64,000 bases of DNA from the NCBI GenBank assembly GCA_963727645.1, contig CAVSHA010000011.1, positions 64,233 to 128,232 of the forward strand, written 5' to 3'. Positions 17,694 to 27,003 of this stretch are shown here, in pieces. Source of the DNA: an uncultured Acidimicrobiaceae bacterium (GTDB lineage Bacteria > Actinomycetota > Acidimicrobiia > Acidimicrobiales > Bog-793). The notes beneath the pieces are model-generated. The model had not been told where the DNA came from. It saw only the letters and a list, made by a program, of their open reading frames with translations, and ran no database searches. A program made the position numbers and the translations under genes. Position 1 is the first letter of the stretch. Each line of letters starts with the position of its first letter.

Positions 17694-17700
17694 TGAAAGA

Positions 17701-17895
17701 GTGGCAAAGCACCTAGTCGATCTGGATGAAGAGGCACTCAGCGCAGCACAGGCGGAACTGGGGACGACAACGATCAAAGACACCGTCAACAAGGCTCTCG
17801 AGCGATCTACCTCTAGTCGGCATCGCCGAGTGGCCTCAGCCCTTGACATCCTGGCCGAGGCTGACCTCGAGGACCGAGCCGAAGCGTGGCGCTGA
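17701..17895 (+). CDS. vapB: type II antitoxin (VapB-like)
   Basis: 64 aa. The sequence MAKHLVDLDEEALSAAQAELGTTTIKDTVNKAL is typical of actinobacterial VapB. It overlaps the downstream PIN gene by 10 nt. Confidence 0.8.
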   Translation: MAKHLVDLDEEALSAAQAELGTTTIKDTVNKALERSTSSRHRRVASALDILAEADLEDRAEAWR

Positions 17896-18299
17896 GCTTC
17901 TTGGTCGATACCAGTGTCCTGAAACGCCTCGGCCGCTACGAGGTCCGACGGGTGGTCGAGTCGCTTGCAGATCGAGGAGAGCTAGCAAGGGCGACCATCT
18001 GCGATCTTGAAGTCGGCTACTCCGCTCGCAACGCCGTGGAGTGGGACGAACTGCAACTGGCGCTGGACGCCTTCGCTCCGGTTCCAACCACGGCAGCTCA
18101 TGTCGGCCGGGCGCTCCAGGTCCAGCGACTCTTGGCCGAGCGCAGCCAACGAGGCCGCAAGATCCCAGACCTGCTCGTCGCGGCCGCGGCCGAGGAACTG
18201 TCCATCTCTGTTCTCCACTACGACGCCGACTTCAATCTCATCTCCGAAGTCACCGGCCAACCCAGCCAATGGGTAGTACCCGCGGGCACGATCGACTGA
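17886..18299 (+). CDS. vapC: PIN-domain ribonuclease toxin (VapC-like)
   Basis: 137 aa. An N-terminal FLVDTSVL supplies the first acidic residue. IPDLLVAAAAEE and VLHYDADFNLI match PIN motifs. Confidence 0.85.
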   Translation: MALSFLVDTSVLKRLGRYEVRRVVESLADRGELARATICDLEVGYSARNAVEWDELQLALDAFAPVPTTAAHVGRALQVQRLLAERSQRGRKIPDLLVAAAAEELSISVLHYDADFNLISEVTGQPSQWVVPAGTID

Positions 18300-18951
18300 C
18301 GCCAGAACATTCGATCACCGGGAGGCCAACCACGAGGACATCGGGCCATCAATCTTTGGCACCTTGAGGGCTTAGTGTGGTCGGCGAGCTCCTAGCGGAC
18401 GGTTCGTCTACGCCTGGCGTGTCGATGGCTCGAAAGAGAAGCTCGCTGCTCTCTCTTATGACCCAGGAAGATTCGTCGAAGTGGGTGATGAAACCGGGCG
18501 TGCCAGCCGGCTCGTCAAGAAGGGCTCCGGCGACGAAATCCGATCGACCAACCCCGCCCTCCTTGCATCGAGTCGAGCGGGGCGCGTGGCTCGCCAACTC
18601 TACGATGGCGTGCTTGCGATTCAAGGACCGCTCGGAAATCTTTCGAGACTTCAGACGCAGAGGCACCCAGAGGTGAGCGCTTCGGACGCTCTGGAGACCA
18701 CCGCCTACTGGTCACCGGACGGCGAAATGGGACGCACCGCCTCCGGGACTTGAGGATTTTCGTCGTCGAGCTGCGAGAACCGTCTGATCTGGGCCGCCGC
18801 TGAATTCGGGACCGCGAAGTCTCGGATGCGGCAGATCGATCGATCGGAACGCGATGCAGCACGTTTCGCCGGCGGCGATCGTCTCCGTCGCCGTCCCAGC
18901 CGGCCTCGAGGGATGCTCCGAAGGTTTAAACGAGGTGCGAGACTGCCAGGG

Positions 18952-19563
18952 ATGGCCGTTGACATTCCCGTAGTCACCGTGCCGGACGTTGCGGCGTGGG
19001 GACGCTGGCTCGAGGAGCATGAGGGGCAGCGCGACGGTATCTGGCTGACGTTGGCCAGGAAGGGAACGACTGAACCCACCTCCTTGACCTACGACGATGC
19101 ACTGGCCGAGGCGCTGTGCCGCGGATGGATCGACGGGCAGCTCGGCGCCGGTGACGACGGAACCTATCGCCGGAAGTTCACACCTCGAAGGCCGGGGAGC
19201 GCCTGGTCGAAGCGCAATGTTGCCATCGCCACCAAGCTCGTCGAGGAAGGTCGCATGCGACCGTCCGGGCTCGCAGCAGTGTCGAGAGCCAAGGCCGATG
19301 GCACGTGGCACACTGCTTACGAGGGTCAGGCGACGATCGAGATTCCCGCTGATCTGGCCGCGGCGCTTGCTGCCGATGCTGTGGCGAGCGCCATGTTCGA
19401 CAAGCTGAACGCGTCCAACCGGTATGCGATCCTCTACCGGGTGACGACGGCGAAGCAGGCTGACACACGACGCCGCCGCATTGAGCAATTCGTTGCGATG
19501 CTCGCCCGTGGCGAGGCCATCTACCCGCAACAGGAGTTCACGCCCCGCCGCAAACCTGACTAG
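18952..19563 (+). CDS. YdeI/OmpD-associated family protein
   Basis: ATG at 18952. The motifs WRWLEEH, GIWLTLARKG, YDDALAEALCRGWIDGQ, RKFTPRRPGSAWSKRN and NRYAILYRVTTAKQADTRRRRIEQFVAML are typical of this family. Confidence 0.75.
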   Translation: MAVDIPVVTVPDVAAWGRWLEEHEGQRDGIWLTLARKGTTEPTSLTYDDALAEALCRGWIDGQLGAGDDGTYRRKFTPRRPGSAWSKRNVAIATKLVEEGRMRPSGLAAVSRAKADGTWHTAYEGQATIEIPADLAAALAADAVASAMFDKLNASNRYAILYRVTTAKQADTRRRRIEQFVAMLARGEAIYPQQEFTPRRKPD

Positions 19564-20035
19564 GAGTGGCCTTTGCGGAACGGGCTCAGAACGCCCTGCT
19601 GCTTCGCCACCATCGACCCGCTGTCCCTCGCCGTCCCGAGTCCCGTCACGATGCTCGTGCGTCACGCTTACTCGTGCCGATGGAGTCGGCACAGATCAGC
19701 AACCCGCTGCTCGCCCGCTTTCCAGCGCCCGCCGCGCCAGAGTCGGCGATCGGAGCGGCCAGGACGAACAAGAACCGTCGTTATGGGGCGGGTCAGCGAG
19801 TCCTGGACCATGTCATTCGGGCGCGCGTTCTGTCTCGCGGGAGTCACCTACCGGCGCTTGCGGGGCACCCGTACCCGAGAGGTATCCGGCAATCTCGGTT
19901 GGGCCTGATCAGGGTCCAACCCGCTCGCGACGGGTAAGCCCCGACGCTCAGCGACCGAGTGAACGGCAACGAGGCGGCATTCCAGGACCGGGGATTTTGC
20001 CTCACGGACGTGTCTGCCGGTGGGATCATCGCGGT

Positions 20036-20899
20036 ATGGATGACTACGTGTCGGTCAACCGGGCTAACTGGAACAGTCGGGTTCCGCACCATGTGGAGGC
20101 GTACAGGCTCGATCTGTTCCACTCTGATCCGGGTCACTTGTCTCAGGTCGTCCGCTTCGATCTCCCTCGGCTCGGAGACATCCACGGCCTTGACGTGGTG
20201 CATCTTCAGTGCCACATCGGCACCGACACGCTGTCTTTGGCCCGACTCGGTGCCCGCAGCGTCACGGGGCTCGACTTCTCATCGCCTGCGCTGGAAGCCG
20301 CCGCTCGCCTAGCCCGTGAGTGCGGGGCCACAATCGATTACGTCGAGAGCGAGCTGTACGGAGCTGTCGACGCCCTCGGTGCCGGCCGGTTCGATCTGGT
20401 CTACACGGGGGTTGGAGCGCTGTGCTGGCTGCCGGACATCAGAGGCTGGGCACAGGTCGTGGCGGCACTTCTTCGACCGGGGGGCCGCCTGTTCATCCGC
20501 GAGGGTCACCCGATGTTGTGGACGTTGAGCGACCCACGACCCGACGGACTACTCGTGATTGAGTATCCGTACTTCGAGACCGAAGGCGTTCACTTCTCGG
20601 AACCACACAGCTACGTTGACCACGACGAGCCGCTGGAGTCGCCGGACATCGTCCACTTCAACCACGGCCTCGCCCAAGTGATCAACGCAGTTATGGACGC
20701 AGGGATGTCGTTGACGGCGATCGAGGAGCATGACACCGCCCCATGGAACCCGCTCGCTGATGCAATGGAAGATGTTGGAATGGGCGAGCATCGGCTGCGC
20801 CACGCCCCCGCCCGTCTGCCAGCCACCTATACGCTCCAGGCGATCAAGGCCAGCAGTGATGGCCTGCAACGAGACCGTGAGGGCCAGATCGAGATCTGA
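20036..20899 (+). CDS. class I SAM-dependent methyltransferase
   Basis: ATG at 20036 (MDDYVSVNRANWNSR). Motif I VVHLQCHIGTDTLSLARLGA, post-I GLDFS, and FDLVYTGVGALCWL. The tracked upstream extension (19481-) is low-complexity and unlikely to be coding. Confidence 0.8.
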   Translation: MDDYVSVNRANWNSRVPHHVEAYRLDLFHSDPGHLSQVVRFDLPRLGDIHGLDVVHLQCHIGTDTLSLARLGARSVTGLDFSSPALEAAARLARECGATIDYVESELYGAVDALGAGRFDLVYTGVGALCWLPDIRGWAQVVAALLRPGGRLFIREGHPMLWTLSDPRPDGLLVIEYPYFETEGVHFSEPHSYVDHDEPLESPDIVHFNHGLAQVINAVMDAGMSLTAIEEHDTAPWNPLADAMEDVGMGEHRLRHAPARLPATYTLQAIKASSDGLQRDREGQIEI

Positions 20900-21098
20900 T
20901 CACGAGCGGGTGCCTCTCTATGAAGAGGGGCCGGTTGTCAAGATCGATTGTTGTTCTTAGCGGACACCTCCTTCGTTGCGGTGCCCGGGCTGACTAGGCC
21001 GGGCGGTGGGAGGTTGGTTCTCATCTCTCTATCGCCTCCTCGAGGGAGGAAAAGGTCTGGTGGGAGAACTCCGGCTGGTCCATCTCAAACGAGGGTCG

Positions 21099-22142
21099 TC
21101 AAGTGACCAGAGGCGCGGCGGGGGACCTTGCCGGAGCGAACATCGAGCCCGTCTGGAGCATGTGCCAGATGGCCTCGGTGAGCTTGCGGGCCACTTCGAT
21201 ACGCGCGATCTTGGCGCCGCGTTGGCGACCGAGGCGGGCCTTGGTCCTGTCGTAGTGGTCCTTGTAGATGGGATGACTCGACGCGTGCACAGCAGCCTCG
21301 ATGAGTGACCAGCGCAGGTACTTCGGCCCGTTCTTCGTGATCGGACCGCGGAAGTCCTTGCCGCCGGACTGGTAGACGCGCGGGCAAAGCCCGGTGTAGC
21401 CCATCAACTTCTTCGGAGACGAGAAGCGGGAGATGTCTCCGATCTCCGAGGCGATCGTGAACCCGAGGACCCAGGCGATGCCAGGAGCGGACTGCAGCAG
21501 GCTCACGTAGGGATGGTCCGCTCCGAGTGATTGCAGCTCTTTCTCGCACGCGTCAATCTCAGAGTCAAGGTCGTCGATCATCAAGAGCGCCGTGGCGATG
21601 TTCTTCGTCCAGGGATCGGGGAGCTCGAGACGTCCGAGCAGCTCGCGGCCAGACTTTCCGAACAGGTCCGAGACCGGGCAGGGCTTGCCGAAAGCGAGCA
21701 GGCTCGAATGGATACGGTTCTTCAACATCACCCGGTGGCGCACAAGATGGAGGTGGAAGCGGGCCCGCTCCCGTTCGGCGCGGATCTCCGGGTCCGGGAG
21801 CCATATCGCCGGCACGAGATCACGCCGGGAGAGCTCAGCTAGGACCCAGGCGTCGATCTTGTCGGTCTTGCAGGCAAGCGGTGCGAGACCCTTCACCTTC
21901 TGCGCGTCGGCGATCTCGACGTCCCATCCCATGAGCTCGAGACTGTCGTGGACAAAGCGGGCACCGTTCATCGATTCGATGGCCGCGTTCACCGGTCCGC
22001 CGAGGACCGCCACCTCCTTGGCGAGGTGACGGAGCCCGTCGAGATCGGGAGGAGCTTGGGTGACGGCGAGCTTTGTGCCAGCCTCGTTGAGCACGCAGAC
22101 GTCGAGTCGCTTTCTGCTGAGGTCAAGTCCAAGATGCAACAT
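21099..22142 (-). CDS. IS110-family transposase (IS110-A, apparently intact)
   Basis: DEDD N-domain (LGLDLSRKRLDVCV, AIESMNGARF, KTDKIDAWVLAEL). C-terminal Transposase_20 motifs (LQSAPGIAWVLGFTIASEIGDISRF, GLCPRVYQSGG, ITKNGPKYLRW). The start is taken at MLHLGLD; the tracked start is 22184. Confidence 0.88.
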   Translation of the reverse strand: MLHLGLDLSRKRLDVCVLNEAGTKLAVTQAPPDLDGLRHLAKEVAVLGGPVNAAIESMNGARFVHDSLELMGWDVEIADAQKVKGLAPLACKTDKIDAWVLAELSRRDLVPAIWLPDPEIRAERERARFHLHLVRHRVMLKNRIHSSLLAFGKPCPVSDLFGKSGRELLGRLELPDPWTKNIATALLMIDDLDSEIDACEKELQSLGADHPYVSLLQSAPGIAWVLGFTIASEIGDISRFSSPKKLMGYTGLCPRVYQSGGKDFRGPITKNGPKYLRWSLIEAAVHASSHPIYKDHYDRTKARLGRQRGAKIARIEVARKLTEAIWHMLQTGSMFAPARSPAAPLVT

Positions 22143-22600
22143 GGTGTGGGGGCCTCCTTGGTGTTGGTTCCGACGAGAACCCAATGTTCACGCCGGGGAG
22201 GTCCCTCTTCATGGCATTCAAACGTCTCCGTCGGCGGCGCACAGCGGCTCCAAACACGAGGATCAAGGCCACCCCTAAGAGGTTCGGGTGCCGATCGCAA
22301 AGTGCTGTTACCGGGCGAGTTCTTGGGTGTCCCATATCGCCAGCTAGGTCGCGCACATATCGGTGCCCGCGAATTGGTTTAGCACCAGCGCCGAGTTGAT
22401 GTCATGAAGAAGCGCTGCGCCGCTTCTGCGTGACCGGGCTCCTCGTGCGAGCACGGGCGCCGAGGGAAGCGAGGGCAGCCGTGGCCGCTCGATCCGTGTC
22501 CTCTCCGGCGAACCACCGGAGTCCCTCTCGTGGCCAGGAACCGAATGTGCAAGGCACACTCGGGGTCTCCAAACCAACCCGGAAACGGAAGGGGACTCCG

Positions 22601-22786
22601 GTGGAACACCAAAGACAGTATGTGGGAATAGACCTGCACCGTCGGCGCTCGGTGATCGTGCGGATCACCGAGGACGGTGAGGTGCTCGAGACCGTGCGCG
22701 TCGTCAACGACCCGCTCAAGCTCGCTCTCGCCATGGCGGAAGCCGGTGATGATCCCGAGGTGGCACTTGAGGCTACGTATGGCTGG
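22601..22786 (+). pseudogene. IS110-family transposase B, exon 1 (ends ...EATYGW), interrupted by a group II intron
   Basis: GTG at 22601 follows GGAAGGGG. YVGIDLHRRRSVIVRITEDGEVLE and EAT are DEDD motifs. The frame breaks at the GTGCG that begins the intron. Confidence 0.8.
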
Positions 22787-23386
22787 GTGCGCCACGAGGC
22801 GCCACATGACCGGGTGGGGGGAAGAGCCCCACCTGTGGCCTGTCGCAGCAGGCCGCTGAAGCTGGAGGCAGCCTGACCTCGGAGACGAGAGGAAGGGCGG
22901 GAGCAGCCTCTACAACGCCGGGACGAACTGGCACTACCAGACAGCTCGGGCTCGGCCAGCAAGACGGAGAGGTGTACGTATGCAGGAACCAGTGGTGGAA
23001 CCCCCTCAAGAAGTCAGGACCGGCTGGGAATCTGGTGGATGGCCGGGATGGCAGTGCGCTGCGACTCCCTACAACCGGGAGGGACAGCCTCGACGCCGAG
23101 GGTGCGTCGGGGGCCACGGTGACGTGCTGCGGGATAGCCGTGGACAGGCCTGCAGGGGAAAAGCTGGGCACCGATCCCGTCAACCGGTCTGTGGTGAACG
23201 TGGGAACCGTCCTCTCGGCGCCAACCTGCCGGCCAACCGGGTCGGCAGCGGCAAGGCACGTCGTCTGCTGATGCCGAGAGGGCGGGGCGGAGGGTCCGTA
23301 GTAGTCCGAGGTCGGGAAAGCCGGCCACATGGCGAAGGGACCCAGCGAGCTTGCAGTAGTTGGACTGGAAGATCAGGAGGACGCTG

Positions 23387-23928
23387 GTGAACACCGACGC
23401 TCCGTGGCCCGATCTCTATGAGGCCGAGCAACGGGTACTGAAGATCCAGACGAAGCTGCACCAATGGGCTGCCGACGACCCTCGTCGTCGGTTCGATGAC
23501 CTGTTCAACCTTGTCTCCGATCCTGCGTTCCTCATCGTGGCGTGGGATCGGGTGCGGAGAAATCGAGGGGCACGGTCCAAAGGAGTCGATGGAGTCGCAC
23601 CAAGCTCCATCGTCCTTGGCAGAGAGGCGTTTCTCTCCGGGCTACGAGATGATCTCAAGGCCCGGCGGTTCGTCCCTTTGCCGGTGCGGGAGAAGCTCAT
23701 CCCGAAGAAATCGGGGAAGCTTCGCGGGCTCGGCATCCCAACCGCTCGGGATCGCTGCGTCCAGGCCAGCATGAAGCTGGTCCTCGAGCCGATTTTCGAA
23801 GCGGACTTCAAGCCGTGCAGTTACGGCTTCCGACCGAGGAGACGGGCGCAGGACGCCATCGAGGAGATCTTCTTCTACACGACCCATGGTTACCACTGGG
23901 TTTTGGAGGGAGACATCAAATCATGCTT
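23387..23928 (+). pseudogene. group II intron reverse transcriptase/maturase (IEP), N-terminal part (RT0-RT3, ends ...LEGDIKSC)
   Basis: AGGAGG lies 6 nt before the GTG at 23387. The motifs KGVDGVAPSSI, PVREKLIPKKSGKLRGLGIPTARDRCVQASMKLVLEPIFE, SYGFRPRRRAQDAI and VLEGDIKSC are present. After 23928 the tracked 1055-aa ORF is antisense LSR sequence. Confidence 0.88.
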
Positions 23929-23935
23929 GGAGGCC

Positions 23936-26170
23936 TCAACACACTGCGCCTTCCACTTGTTGCTGCTCGTCGAAGAGACTGGGTTGCGGTCGTTCCACCT
24001 TGATTCTCAAGCCCTTTCTCCTTCCAGCACGCACGTGGACGGCCTCGAGCTCTCCGCGCTTTACACGCTGCAACACCGTCTGGCGGCTGACGCCGAGCGC
24101 CCGGGTGGCTTCGAGCATGGCCAACCAGCCGGGTGGTGCCTCCTCGACGAAGCGGGAGCGGAGGTCGTCTGTGACGCGGATGCGCCACGGTGCCCCGGGG
24201 GTGAGCTGCTCACCGGCGATGAAGCCGTCCCCAAGCCAGCGGTGCACCGTGGATGGCACGACGCCGAGGATCTTTGCCGCCTCGGCGATCGTCACGAGCT
24301 CGCCCTTCTTCTCGTCGAGGGACGAGTCGTGGCGGGCGATCTTCCACGAGGTGCGCAGGCTGGAGACGCGACCGCGGGTGAAGCGCTCGCCTGTTGCGGT
24401 GCGCCGTCCCTGGCGGTTCAAGATGCCCACGATCGTCGCGTCGTCGTAGTGGACAGCGAGCCTGCGCATGAGATCGACCGTGTCCTCGTCAGTGCGGATC
24501 GGTGGGGAGTAGGCACGGGGGAGATCGACGACAAGCTCGGTGGTGGCACCGCCCCGCCACCTGAGCACGAGCACGGCTCGGTGCTCCTCGCGTTCCACCT
24601 CGACGACGACCTCTTCGACCAGAGTCCGCAACAGCTCCTTGCGGTCCTTGTCGGTGGTGCTCGGAGCGGACCACACCCGGCCCACATCGAGCGAGAGGCG
24701 CGAGATGGCTGCTATTTCCTCTGGCCCGAGCACCTTTGGGCGAGCGGCCTCACGCCGGACGAGCTCGGCTTCGGCGTCACGAAGAGCAAGGAGCGCCCGC
24801 TCCCACTCGGCCTCGAGCCCTCGAGCAACGAGGCGGTTGTCCGGGTCGACGGCGAGATAGCGCCGTTCGGCTCTGCTCGCCTGGAAACGGTGCCGTTCGA
24901 CCTCTTTGCGCCATTGCGCCAAGGCGGCGTCGCGGTCGTCCTCGAGCGCTTGTGCCGCAACGAGCGAGGCCTCGATGCCCGCCGGGGCGATAGCCGAGAG
25001 GAACGCTGTCTGAATGGCTTGGTCGATCTGGACCCCGCCGACCGACAGGTGCGTCACGCCCCGCCCCGAGACGAGCTCCCGGCCGGCGCAGTGATAGCCA
25101 GGGCTCGAGTTCGAGCCCTGGTAGTGCACGGCGAGACGCCGCCCGCAGTGCCCGCAGGAAGCGATCCCCTGCAAGAGCGCGGAGCCCTCCCGGAGCGCAC
25201 CGCCCGGCTCATGGGCCTTCGGGCGGATGTTGGCACCGATGCGGACCTGGTTGGCTTCGAAGGTTGCCCAGTCGATGTAGCCGGGGTGATGATCCACGAT
25301 CAGGACCGCCCACCCGTCGCGTCCGACGCGACGCTTTTGGACGCGGGCAGCACCCGCTTTGTCAACGACACGCTCGTGTCGCGTGCGCCCATAGACATAG
25401 GCGCCAGCGTAGGAAGGATGCGTGAGCACGCGGTGGATCGCGTTGTAGGTGGGTGCAACCCACCTGAGCTCGGGCCAGGTGTTCCCCGCCGTTTGCTGCA
25501 ACGGGAACGAGAGCCCCTCGCCGAGCAGCCACAGCCACACCGCCCGCACGGAGCCGGACTCTGCGAATTGGCTGAATACGGCCGCTATCACGCCACGCAC
25601 CGCCTCGTCGGGGTGGAGGAGCACCTCACCCTCCCCCTCCCCCCATACGAGCCCGACCGGAAGGCCCCGGCGGAGCTCACCTCGTGCCGCCTTGTTGCGG
25701 ATCCCGCCCTCGAGCCGGGCACGGAGCACATGCAGCTCGGCCTCGCTCATCGTGCCCTTCAAGCCCAACACGAGCCGGTCGTTGAAGCTCGCCGGGTCAT
25801 AGAGCCCGTCCGCGTCGCCGATGAGCGTGTCGGTCAGCCCGCAGAGATCGAGGAGCCGATACCAGTCGGCGTTGTTGCGCGCGAGACGGCTGACCTCGAG
25901 GCCGAGCACGATGCCGACGTGGCCGAGCGCGACCTCGGCGGTGAGGTGGGAAAAGCCACCCCGGGTGACGGACCCCGATCCGGAGAGCCCGAGGTCTTCG
26001 TCGATCACGACGACCGAAGAGGCGGGCCAGCCGAGCTCGACCGCCCGGCCCTTCAGCGCGTACTGGCGATCGGTGGACTCGGTGTTGTGCTCGAGCTGGC
26101 TCTTTGTCGACTGGCGGACATAGACCAGTGCCTGGCGCCGGAGATGGGACTGGCCGGGCCGTTCACTCAT
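23936..26170 (-). CDS. large serine recombinase (LSR2, 744 aa from the ATG at 26170)
   Basis: ALVYVRQSTKSQ (Ser nucleophile), LEVSRLARNNADWYRLLD, zinc ribbon CGHCGRRLAVHY...GYHC, a coiled-coil, and two C-terminal MerR/excisionase-like HTHs (LVTIAEAAKILGVVPSTVHRWL; MLEATRALGVSRQTVLQRV). Clearly homologous to LSR1. Confidence 0.92.
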   Translation of the reverse strand: MSERPGQSHLRRQALVYVRQSTKSQLEHNTESTDRQYALKGRAVELGWPASSVVVIDEDLGLSGSGSVTRGGFSHLTAEVALGHVGIVLGLEVSRLARNNADWYRLLDLCGLTDTLIGDADGLYDPASFNDRLVLGLKGTMSEAELHVLRARLEGGIRNKAARGELRRGLPVGLVWGEGEGEVLLHPDEAVRGVIAAVFSQFAESGSVRAVWLWLLGEGLSFPLQQTAGNTWPELRWVAPTYNAIHRVLTHPSYAGAYVYGRTRHERVVDKAGAARVQKRRVGRDGWAVLIVDHHPGYIDWATFEANQVRIGANIRPKAHEPGGALREGSALLQGIASCGHCGRRLAVHYQGSNSSPGYHCAGRELVSGRGVTHLSVGGVQIDQAIQTAFLSAIAPAGIEASLVAAQALEDDRDAALAQWRKEVERHRFQASRAERRYLAVDPDNRLVARGLEAEWERALLALRDAEAELVRREAARPKVLGPEEIAAISRLSLDVGRVWSAPSTTDKDRKELLRTLVEEVVVEVEREEHRAVLVLRWRGGATTELVVDLPRAYSPPIRTDEDTVDLMRRLAVHYDDATIVGILNRQGRRTATGERFTRGRVSSLRTSWKIARHDSSLDEKKGELVTIAEAAKILGVVPSTVHRWLGDGFIAGEQLTPGAPWRIRVTDDLRSRFVEEAPPGWLAMLEATRALGVSRQTVLQRVKRGELEAVHVRAGRRKGLRIKVERPQPSLFDEQQQVEGAVC

Positions 26171-26525
26171 CGCCGGACCGCTCTTTCGAAGATAGGGAAC
26201 GCTTCGCGCCACCTTCGTGCTGGAGCGGTGTGTCCTCTCCCACCCTGGCACGGCGGCGCCGATAGGCGGCCTGGCGACAGCCCGGCGAACAAAAGCGAGG
26301 CTTCGAGCCCGTCCGGGACCGAAGGAGCACGCCGTCGAGATCGGTGCGCACGAAGCGGCCACAGGGCGGGCAGACAAAGCCGACCGGTGACACCTCGGTG
26401 GCAGACGAAGAAGCGTCACGCAATGTGTCCTCATCCACCGAGCGACTCACTGGAGTTCTGCGTGACGCGTGCGGTGCCCCAGCAAGAGCGGGGCTCGTTC
26501 CCTCACTCCGTCGTGGCTCGGTCAT
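26163..26525 (-). CDS. small zinc-ribbon protein (CPPC...FCSPGCRQAAYRRRR) of LSR-E2
   Basis: 120-aa ORF with four Cys in CxxC/CxxxC spacing and a basic tail. Its stop overlaps the LSR2 ATG by 8 nt. The N-terminal half is low-complexity, so the true start may be internal. Confidence 0.5.
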   Translation of the reverse strand: MTEPRRSEGTSPALAGAPHASRRTPVSRSVDEDTLRDASSSATEVSPVGFVCPPCGRFVRTDLDGVLLRSRTGSKPRFCSPGCRQAAYRRRRARVGEDTPLQHEGGAKRSLSSKERSGDE

Positions 26526-26715
26526 GACGTCCCTCCTTCTTCTCGATCGACTTCGCCATCAGGCGTGCGAGCGTGCTCACGACGGCGAGGCGCTCGGTGG
26601 GTGCCAGCTCCTCCCAGAGAGGACCGACCGTCACCTCGTCCTCGAACAGCTCCAGGCTCAACTGCACGGGCAACCTCCTCGTCTGGTCTGTGCCGATCCT
26701 GGCGAGGGTTGTCAT
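26503..26715 (-). CDS. LSR-element accessory protein (about 70 aa from an internal Met of ORF 26503..26817)
   Basis: The C-terminal LWEELAPTERLAVVSTLARLMAKSI resembles the tail of the LSR-E1 orf90. The start choice is uncertain. Confidence 0.35.
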   Translation of the reverse strand: MTTLARIGTDQTRRLPVQLSLELFEDEVTVGPLWEELAPTERLAVVSTLARLMAKSIEKKEGRHDRATTE

Positions 26716-26959
26716 CGAGGTGGTGGACCAGGCGATCCACGACAGCACGGGCGTGCAGAAGGTCCGACAGCGTTCCCAAGGTGCCCGATTCACCTTGGCG
26801 CTCGGGGATCTGTTCAAGGTCGGTCCACGCAGCTGGGATCAGGCTCTTCGAACCATCCGGCAGGACGAGGCACAGCTCGAGGCTGTTGTGCCGGTGCATC
26901 GCGCTCAATACAGAGAGCTCCTGGCCCTCGAAGGGATGGTGGGGTCGCACGATGCGCAC
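26522..26959 (-). CDS. LSR-element accessory protein A homologue; only the first ~85 aa look genuine
   Basis: MRIVRPHHPFEGQELSVLS...DGSKSLIPAAWTD...LSDLLHARAVVDRL aligns with LSR-E1 orf86. The remaining ~60 aa are R/G/P-rich and overlap the next ORF. Confidence 0.5.
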   Translation of the reverse strand: MRIVRPHHPFEGQELSVLSAMHRHNSLELCLVLPDGSKSLIPAAWTDLEQIPERQGESGTLGTLSDLLHARAVVDRLVHHLDDNPRQDRHRPDEEVARAVEPGAVRGRGDGRSSLGGAGTHRAPRRREHARTPDGEVDREEGGTS

Positions 26960-27003
26960 CTTTTCCGGAAGGTCCCGGACGTGGGCAGTGTGTCGCCTAC
27001 TCC

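Noticed and set aside
18300-18950. Several overlapping 90-125-aa ORFs on both strands between vapC and ydeI (for example 18349..18666 minus)
   Set aside because: No start or RBS context, no family motifs, and the frames are mutually exclusive. This may be a decayed gene remnant, but no call can be supported.
18712-19692. 326-aa minus-strand ORF
   Set aside because: It is antisense to the well-supported YdeI-family gene and has Arg/Gly/Pro-rich composition.
23360-26527. 1055-aa plus-strand ORF, the longest in the track
   Set aside because: It is a chimera. Only the first ~190 aa (to 23928) are genuine group II intron RT. The rest is the antisense strand of the LSR2 gene and stays open only because of high GC. 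It has no protein-like motifs.
26344-27003. N-terminal ~220 aa of the tracked ORF 26344..27894
   Set aside because: This part lies within LSR-E2 on the antisense strand and has no RT motifs. RT homology begins at FDEISH (27004).
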